Assembly (NCBI GenBank): GCA_964619365.1
Contig: CAZUDQ010000001.1
Coordinates: 185,842-242,520, forward strand
Direction: 5' to 3'
Length of the DNA stretch: 56,679 bases
DNA from: an uncultured archaeon
Lineage (GTDB): Archaea > Altiarchaeota > Altiarchaeia > JAFGQM01
How positions within the stretch are numbered: position 1 is the stretch's first letter; each line of letters starts with the position of its first letter. Position numbers and translations under genes: made by a program. Positions 50,532 to 56,679 of the stretch are shown here, one piece after another. The notes beneath the pieces were generated by a model that did no database searches, was not told the DNA's origin, and was given only the letters and a program-made list of their open reading frames with translations.

Positions 50532-51383
50532 ATGGACAACGATGATAATCTTGAGGTAGTAGCAGAATACATTTCACCTTTCTATAATGTTATTGCAGCA
50601 AAACAGTTTCTTGTCCTAAAAAAGAAATTTCCACCCGCAAGACGCGATATTCTTTACTCCGATATAAGCTCTGTTGAACACAGGAAGATAATAGACTACA
50701 ACGCCTTGGTCTGGGGACTTGTGATAATAGCGATAATCATATCCCTAAATTTAATAACCCCTGTCATGGACATCTTCTCCCAGCTTGTCCTTGAGATACA
50801 AATGGCAACAGACGCTAATGCGCCTGATGTGATTGACGCATCAATTAGGTCAATTTCTCAAGAATGGGCACTGTACCTGAGTGTGATACTTGCTATCGTG
50901 GCAATATATTTTATAATAAAGTTTTTTACGTCCCTTTCAGAGAAGCTTATCATCTACAGAACAGGAAAACCTCCGATAGCAGTACCCATGAAACTTACTG
51001 GTGGGGCCCTTGAAGTCCTGCGCGCGGCAAGCCAGCAGATAAAGTCGGAAAAAGGCATATCAAAAAACGAAGTTCAGAAGATAATAGGCGACCAGATGAG
51101 ATTCCTTCTTGATAACCGTGTTAAGACCCAGCAACAGTTAATGGCAAGCTTCAAAGCACAGTTAAAGGCTGCCAAATCAAAAACAGAGCGCGAGAACTTA
51201 AAAGGCGTCATGCAGGAGAGCATAGAGAAACTAGAAGAGCAGGACCGCGTCATAGATACAGAATTAAGGAAGACTGGCCTTACAAAAGAGGATATCTTCA
51301 AGAAGTATCACATACGTGCGCCTCGTGACCAGTTTGTGGACACGGTACTCGCAGAGGGTGGAGTTGACATCCTTCCGGATTAA
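50532..51383 (+). CDS. Hypothetical membrane protein (2 TM, C-terminal coiled coil)
   Basis: 283-aa ORF with two hydrophobic helices and a heptad-rich tail. Confidence 0.75.
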   Translation: MDNDDNLEVVAEYISPFYNVIAAKQFLVLKKKFPPARRDILYSDISSVEHRKIIDYNALVWGLVIIAIIISLNLITPVMDIFSQLVLEIQMATDANAPDVIDASIRSISQEWALYLSVILAIVAIYFIIKFFTSLSEKLIIYRTGKPPIAVPMKLTGGALEVLRAASQQIKSEKGISKNEVQKIIGDQMRFLLDNRVKTQQQLMASFKAQLKAAKSKTERENLKGVMQESIEKLEEQDRVIDTELRKTGLTKEDIFKKYHIRAPRDQFVDTVLAEGGVDILPD

Positions 51384-51418
51384 AAGAAAAGAATTGTTTT
51401 ACACAGGGAAATTAAGGG

Positions 51419-51679
51419 TTAGCCTAAAAGAAGCCCCAGTTCTTTTCCGGCATCCATCCAACCTTCGCTATATTCAAGAGCAGTTAGTGCGTTAAGGAAT
51501 TCTCCGTTTGCATAGAAATGATTGGAGTCGGAATAATACCTTGTCGTGGCATCAAGGACTTTTTTTGCGCGTTTAAGATCAATTTCAGAAAGCCCTTCTG
51601 CAATCCTTAGGTTTTCATAAAGTGGCTTTGCGCGTTCAAGATATTTTTCCACCTTAGTCTTTATAGCCTGATCGTCCAC
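51419..51679 (-). CDS. DUF357 family protein
   Basis: RYYSDSNHF...G...NAL....Y.EGWMDAG..LG. Confidence 0.85.
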   Translation of the reverse strand: MDDQAIKTKVEKYLERAKPLYENLRIAEGLSEIDLKRAKKVLDATTRYYSDSNHFYANGEFLNALTALEYSEGWMDAGKELGLLLG

Positions 51680-51714
51680 AGTACTTTTTATGTTTTTACG
51701 TCCTTAAATAGAGA

Positions 51715-52596
51715 ATGGGGAAAGGAACGAAGACAAAAACCGAAAACCTCGTCTTTGCCGGAGGCGGAGTCAAGGGTGTTGCATATGCAGGGGTAATAAA
51801 TGCCCTTGATAATGCAGGCATTTTAAGCGGAGTAAAGCGTGTTGCGGGAGCAAGTGCAGGTAGCATTGCCGCAACTCTCATAGCGTTAAATTATGACTCT
51901 GCTGAAATCAAGGAGATCCTACTTGATTTGGACTTAAAATCATTTGAGGATGGCTGGGATCCGTTTGCAGTTATTACTAAATATGGTCTTTATGAGGGAA
52001 AGACCAGCCTTGAATGGGTAAAGTCTGTTATAGAAAAGAAGGGTCTGGCAAAAGACGCGACTTTTAAGGACTTACATGAGAACGGCGGACGCGAACTTCA
52101 TATAATCGTTACAGACCTTGTTACAGGAACTTATAAAGACCTTAACTACTTAGATACGCCGGGCACCCTTATTGCCGAAGCCATAAGAGCCAGCATAAGC
52201 ATACCTTTTTTCTTTTGCGCATGGAAATTCAGCAACAGGGAACCAGACGAGCATATCTATGTTGATGGAGGGTTTGTCCTAAACTATCCCCTTACAATAT
52301 TTGATAAGGGTGGTATTGCAAATCCGCATACTATCGGGTTTTGTTTTGGAGGTCTCCAAAAAGACGAAGCATTGGGCTATAAAGAGCCGCTAAGATATGC
52401 AAAAAGTCTCTTTAATGCAATAATAAACGCACAGACCCTCAATATGGAGCGCGACGAGTTCCAAAAAACCCGCAGCGTAATAATCGACCCTCACGGAATA
52501 CCCTCAACGGAGTTTGACATAACTGAAGATCAAAAGCGCACGCTCGTTAAAAGCGGCAAGAAAGCAACAGAGGACTTTTTGTCTTTGCGAAAATAA
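51715..52596 (+). CDS. Patatin-like phospholipase
   Basis: GGGVKG, GASAG nucleophile, ASISIP, YVDGG...NYP. Confidence 0.92.
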   Translation: MGKGTKTKTENLVFAGGGVKGVAYAGVINALDNAGILSGVKRVAGASAGSIAATLIALNYDSAEIKEILLDLDLKSFEDGWDPFAVITKYGLYEGKTSLEWVKSVIEKKGLAKDATFKDLHENGGRELHIIVTDLVTGTYKDLNYLDTPGTLIAEAIRASISIPFFFCAWKFSNREPDEHIYVDGGFVLNYPLTIFDKGGIANPHTIGFCFGGLQKDEALGYKEPLRYAKSLFNAIINAQTLNMERDEFQKTRSVIIDPHGIPSTEFDITEDQKRTLVKSGKKATEDFLSLRK

Positions 52597-52666
52597 GATA
52601 GGTTTGCAGTTTCCAAAGGAGCGTTTTTAACTTTTATTTGTATTAATACCTAGTATAAACACTAGC

Positions 52667-55600
52667 ATGACTAAAAGACAACTGACGCCCAAACTTGCAA
52701 TAATATTAATAATATCTGCCTTTACTATAGCTTTTGTCCTTTCTTTTAGCATTTTAAGTTCATCTGAAGACCTCTCAAAACCGCCCCAAGGTCTTGCGAT
52801 TGGAGACGACGATATTTATGAATACTTTATAACTCCTCCAGAATCAAACGAGACTGGAAACGAAACGGGCGGCGGGGACGCTCCGGTTTCAGAGCCTATG
52901 GGAAGCTCAACAGTTGATTGTTGGAACGACAGCATAAGTCCTCACCCCATATGTTCATGTGACGACCTAAACAACATAAGAAACCACCTTAATTGGGAGT
53001 ATGAACTTCAAAACGACATAGATTTCTCAGCGTGTGATGCCAGTTATACAAGTGGGGCAGGATGGGAACCAATTGGCGATAATTCAAATAAATTTACCGG
53101 CAACTTTGACGGGAATAATCATATAATAAGTAATCTTTACATAAATCGCCCGACTGAAGACTATGTTGGTCTTTTTGGATATATGGATAATGCTGATATA
53201 ACTAAATTGGGTTTGTTACTAGTTGATGTTATCGGAGATGAATACATAGGGGCTATTGCAGGGCGTCTCGAAACAAGTTCAACAATCTTGAACTCTTATG
53301 TGACTGGAAGTGTTTCAGGAACTCGAAGTACCGGTTGCCTTGCAGGATATATGGAGTATTCGATAATCTCAAATTCTTACAGTTCATGTTTAGTTTCAGG
53401 AACAGAATATTACACAGGCGGCCTCGCAGGATATGTTAGGACACAATCAACAATCATAAACTCACATGCCACAGGAACGGTAACAGGAAATGGTCTCACA
53501 GGCGGCCTCGCAGGCAATGTTGGTGGTACAATATCGAACTCTTATGCGACAGGAGATGTTAGTGGGGGAGACACCACTTATGGTACTGTAGGCGGCCTCG
53601 CAGGAGCGTTAAGTAGTGGACTAACAATCTCAAATTCCTATGCGACAGGAGATGTTACAGTCACTGGAACCGGTGGCAAGGTAGGTGGCTTGGTAGGGCA
53701 TTCTTATGGCACAATCATAAACTCACATGCCACAGGAACGGTAACAGGATACGGTAATGTAGGAGGCCTCGCAGGTTTCTCCACTCAGGGGGCGATAATA
53801 AATTCATATGCTACAGGAAATGTTATAGGATCATCTGTTCGCGTAGGCGGCCTCGCAGGAGAGTTGTACTATTCAAGAATTTCAGATTCATATTCAACGG
53901 GAACTGTCACAGGATATGTTGATGCAGCGGGTCTTGCGGGACGTGTGCGAGAATCAGCAATCAAAAACTCATATTCAATCGGCGAGGTGGATGGACATTC
54001 TTATCTAGGTGGTCTCACAGGGTATGTGCACGATTCCTCAACAATCTCAAATTCATACACCACAGGAACTGTCACAGAAATTGGTACTGGATCAGGCGGC
54101 ATCACAGGAACTTTATATTCTGGATCAACAATCTCAAACTCCTACTGGCTAAATAACACCTGGGACGATGCCACCTTTTGTTATGGGATTCCTAGCGGGA
54201 ATACAAATTGCACGGTCAAATTTTTGGAATCTTACTTCCTTGACTACTCAAATGGCCCAGAAAGTTCCTGGGATTTTACTGATATATGGAACGATTCAAA
54301 CGATGGTATCGATTATCCAACCTTACGGGCTGTAAGGCCGGAATGTCCAAATAATATGATTGGTTCAGGAACAATTCAAGATCCCTGTCAGATTGCTGAT
54401 GCCACCGACCTTAATGCATCACGGCTTTGTCTGGACTGTAATTATAGTCTGACAAGCGATATAGATCTTAACATAGCACCATATAATACAGGAGAAGGTT
54501 GGAACCCAATAGGCAACCTTTCAGGACTTTTCACAGGAAACTTTGAAGGTAATAACCACACAATAACAGGACTTTACATAAATCACCCCGCGAAATATTA
54601 TGTTGGTCTTTTTGGGAGAATTATATACTCAAATATAACGAACCTATATTTAGCCTCAACCAATGTTACGGGGGGTTCATTTACCGTTACTGGAGGTCTT
54701 GCGGGACACGTGTATGCAAGTTCAACAATCTCAAACTTACATTTAACAGGAGAAATCACCGGCGAAGGAGCTGGGACGGGAGGTCTTGTAGGTTACCTTG
54801 GTGGCACAATCCTAAACTCATCCGTAACTGGAGACATCACAGGATATTCTCAAACAGGAGGTCTTGTAGGTTACCTTGGTGGCACAATCCTAAACTCATC
54901 TGTAAATGGAAGCGTCACAGGGACTGATAGAAATACTGGAGGCATCTGCGGATACATGTATGCCAGTTCGAAAATCATCGATTCTTTTGTAGTGGGAAGC
55001 GTCACGGGAGGTAATTACGGGACAGGAGGTCTTGCAGGAAGATTATCCCAGGATTCCACGATATCAAACTCGCACGCAATAGCAACTATCTGGGCTAACA
55101 GATACACTGGTGGCCTTATAGGCTGGTCTTTTGGAGGCATAATTCTAAATTCTTCTGCTGCAGGCAACGCCACAGGAACAGATTATACAGGAGGTCTTGT
55201 AGGCTATCTATCCGAAAACTCAACAATTAACAATTCATATGCAATAGGAAATATCACAGGCACTTCTGCAACCGGCGGCCTTGCTGGATATTTATTAGGA
55301 TATTCAACAATCTCAAACTCCTACGCCACAGGAAACGTCAATGGAACTTCCACTATAGGCGGCCTCGTTGGATTCTCATATGATTCAACAATCAATAATA
55401 CCTATTCCACAGGAAATGTCACTGGAGGGGATAATGCAGGCGGCCTTGCAGGATACCTATACATAAATTCAACAATCAACAACTCATATTCCACTGGAAG
55501 CGTTACAGGAAATTCAAATGTAGGTGGCTTCCTGGGCTATTTGGACTCAAGGTCAAAAGTCCTCAACGCTTACTGGCTGGACCACACAGGCGACAATGCC

Positions 55601-56679
55601 AGTTCATGTTACTCTGGCGGAAACGAGAACTGTACTGAAAAAGATGACGTGCATTACTTTTTCTACATATCACATGAGCCTATACTGCAGTGGTACTTCC
55701 CGCCGTGGGACAACTTTTGCGATGGAGAAGGCTACCAGCCCCTTGCCTGGCAGAATCTGACAAACCAGTCGGCATGCGGTGGTTACTCACCTTTACCAAA
55801 TGGTACAAACTTCACGATAGGTTTTAGCGCAAACCCAAGAATTATCAAAGAAACAGGCACCGTAACTTGGAGCCTAACCATAAACAATATAGGCGCAAGT
55901 GCTGCAAACCTCATTGTCGTCCCTTCATGGACAAGTAGCTTTTCTCAGGCGGTCGGCCCGCACGCCTCAGAAGTCTTAAACTGGACTCAAAAAGTATCAT
56001 GTCCGACAACTAGTGTTACTCGAAGCGTATCTGTAAGCTCTAGTGTGCCTCCGACAATAACAAAATCGGCCTCAGCCACAGTTTCAGTCTCCTGTACATC
56101 TTCCTGCTCAAAAGACTGGGAATGTACAGAATGGAGCGAGTGCATTGACGGGATACAGACAAGAGAATGCTCATGCGGATGCCCGGATGACTCTGATTGC
56201 ACAGGCAATCACGATACTGAACGGGAATGCGGAGTCATCTCCTGTGATGGCATCATATGTGAGGATGACAATAATCCTTGCACAAGTGTCTCCTGCATAA
56301 ACGACGAGTGCGTCAAAACAGAAAAATCAGGTTCATGTGACGATGGCGACATCTGCACAGACGGGGACTCCTGTAAAGACGGACTTTGCATGCCCGGAAT
56401 GTATGTCTGTGACTGCAACACAGATACTGATTGCCCTGAGGAAGACTGCATTGAATCCTCCTGCGAGGGGGATACATGTGAATTCAGTTTCGATGACTCC
56501 TGTGCCGGAGATAACTGCGATAATCTCTGGTCATGTACCGACTGGAGCGAGTGTTCAGACGGAATCCAGACTCGCGAGTGTGATTGCCTTTGTCCCAACG
56601 CTTCAGAATGCATAGAAGAGCCCATAACAGAAAAAGACTGTGGGATACCTTGTGGAGACACTTTCTGCGAGGATGACAC
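52667..56679 (+). CDS. Giant surface protein, 3'-truncated (at least 1337 aa): signal/TM, two GLUG-repeat modules, Cys-rich repeats
   Basis: ATG 52667 MTKRQLTPKLAIILIISAF; GWEPIG..FTGNFDGNNH.ISNL, VGLFG, many GGLAG/NSYATG repeats, WECTEWSEC.DG.QTREC and CDDGDICTDGD; same frame at the window end; absent from the ORF track because there is no stop codon. Confidence 0.88.
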   Translation, partial: MTKRQLTPKLAIILIISAFTIAFVLSFSILSSSEDLSKPPQGLAIGDDDIYEYFITPPESNETGNETGGGDAPVSEPMGSSTVDCWNDSISPHPICSCDDLNNIRNHLNWEYELQNDIDFSACDASYTSGAGWEPIGDNSNKFTGNFDGNNHIISNLYINRPTEDYVGLFGYMDNADITKLGLLLVDVIGDEYIGAIAGRLETSSTILNSYVTGSVSGTRSTGCLAGYMEYSIISNSYSSCLVSGTEYYTGGLAGYVRTQSTIINSHATGTVTGNGLTGGLAGNVGGTISNSYATGDVSGGDTTYGTVGGLAGALSSGLTISNSYATGDVTVTGTGGKVGGLVGHSYGTIINSHATGTVTGYGNVGGLAGFSTQGAIINSYATGNVIGSSVRVGGLAGELYYSRISDSYSTGTVTGYVDAAGLAGRVRESAIKNSYSIGEVDGHSYLGGLTGYVHDSSTISNSYTTGTVTEIGTGSGGITGTLYSGSTISNSYWLNNTWDDATFCYGIPSGNTNCTVKFLESYFLDYSNGPESSWDFTDIWNDSNDGIDYPTLRAVRPECPNNMIGSGTIQDPCQIADATDLNASRLCLDCNYSLTSDIDLNIAPYNTGEGWNPIGNLSGLFTGNFEGNNHTITGLYINHPAKYYVGLFGRIIYSNITNLYLASTNVTGGSFTVTGGLAGHVYASSTISNLHLTGEITGEGAGTGGLVGYLGGTILNSSVTGDITGYSQTGGLVGYLGGTILNSSVNGSVTGTDRNTGGICGYMYASSKIIDSFVVGSVTGGNYGTGGLAGRLSQDSTISNSHAIATIWANRYTGGLIGWSFGGIILNSSAAGNATGTDYTGGLVGYLSENSTINNSYAIGNITGTSATGGLAGYLLGYSTISNSYATGNVNGTSTIGGLVGFSYDSTINNTYSTGNVTGGDNAGGLAGYLYINSTINNSYSTGSVTGNSNVGGFLGYLDSRSKVLNAYWLDHTGDNASSCYSGGNENCTEKDDVHYFFYISHEPILQWYFPPWDNFCDGEGYQPLAWQNLTNQSACGGYSPLPNGTNFTIGFSANPRIIKETGTVTWSLTINNIGASAANLIVVPSWTSSFSQAVGPHASEVLNWTQKVSCPTTSVTRSVSVSSSVPPTITKSASATVSVSCTSSCSKDWECTEWSECIDGIQTRECSCGCPDDSDCTGNHDTERECGVISCDGIICEDDNNPCTSVSCINDECVKTEKSGSCDDGDICTDGDSCKDGLCMPGMYVCDCNTDTDCPEEDCIESSCEGDTCEFSFDDSCAGDNCDNLWSCTDWSECSDGIQTRECDCLCPNASECIEEPITEKDCGIPCGDTFCEDD

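Noticed and set aside
51715-52596. Patatin as a CBASS (CapV-like) defence effector
   Set aside because: No CD-NTase or other defence genes adjacent; neighbours are DUF357 and an adhesin
53400-55520. Regularly spaced GGCGGCCTCGCAGG / GGAGGTCTTG repeats as a CRISPR array or DGR template/variable repeats
   Set aside because: They encode in-frame GGLAG/GGLVG protein repeats; no reverse transcriptase gene and no adenine-specific mismatch pattern was evident
52597-55523. Apparent 3-kb ORF-free region suggesting ncRNA, an array or recoding
   Set aside because: It is coding; the ORF caller dropped the gene because its stop lies beyond the window
55524-56679. Short ORFs listed at the right end (55524, 55987, 56209, 56337)
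   Set aside because: Off-frame or antisense shadows of the giant ORF starting at 52667

Overview
Gene-dense archaeal chromosomal segment with the standard genetic code and no integrase, transposase, CRISPR array or rRNA. Archaeal markers include Cdc6/Orc1, SRP54, GatE, SepRS, Pth2, DGGGP synthase, geranylgeranyl reductase and a BHB-intron tRNA. Tight packing, near-leaderless genes, pilin-type signal peptides and many orphans suggest a DPANN-like lineage that still keeps nucleotide and lipid biosynthesis (inference only). Housekeeping content: cdc6, sepF, traB, a PRC-barrel protein, srp54, gyrB/gyrA, minD, pyrK/pyrD/pyrG, tmk, purD, gatE, a MacB/FtsX-type ABC operon, and four tRNAs (Ile-GAT, Thr-TGT, Met-CAT with a 58-nt intron, Ala-GGC). 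A giant GLUG/Cys-rich surface protein starts at 52667, runs off the right edge and is missing from the ORF track. Best candidate for an undescribed system: four orphan soluble proteins with a basic Pro/Lys/Arg N-terminal leader (two diverged TraB/Tiki-like paralogs, a tandem kinase-like protein and a small basic protein), plus a locus where an archaeosortase, a 917-aa pilin-signal protein with Gly/Ala helical repeats and DGGGP synthase lie divergently from a stand-alone type IV pilus/VirB11-like ATPase. This could be a contact-dependent host-interaction or effector-delivery system; that link is a hypothesis. All calls come from motif recognition by eye; no searches were run.
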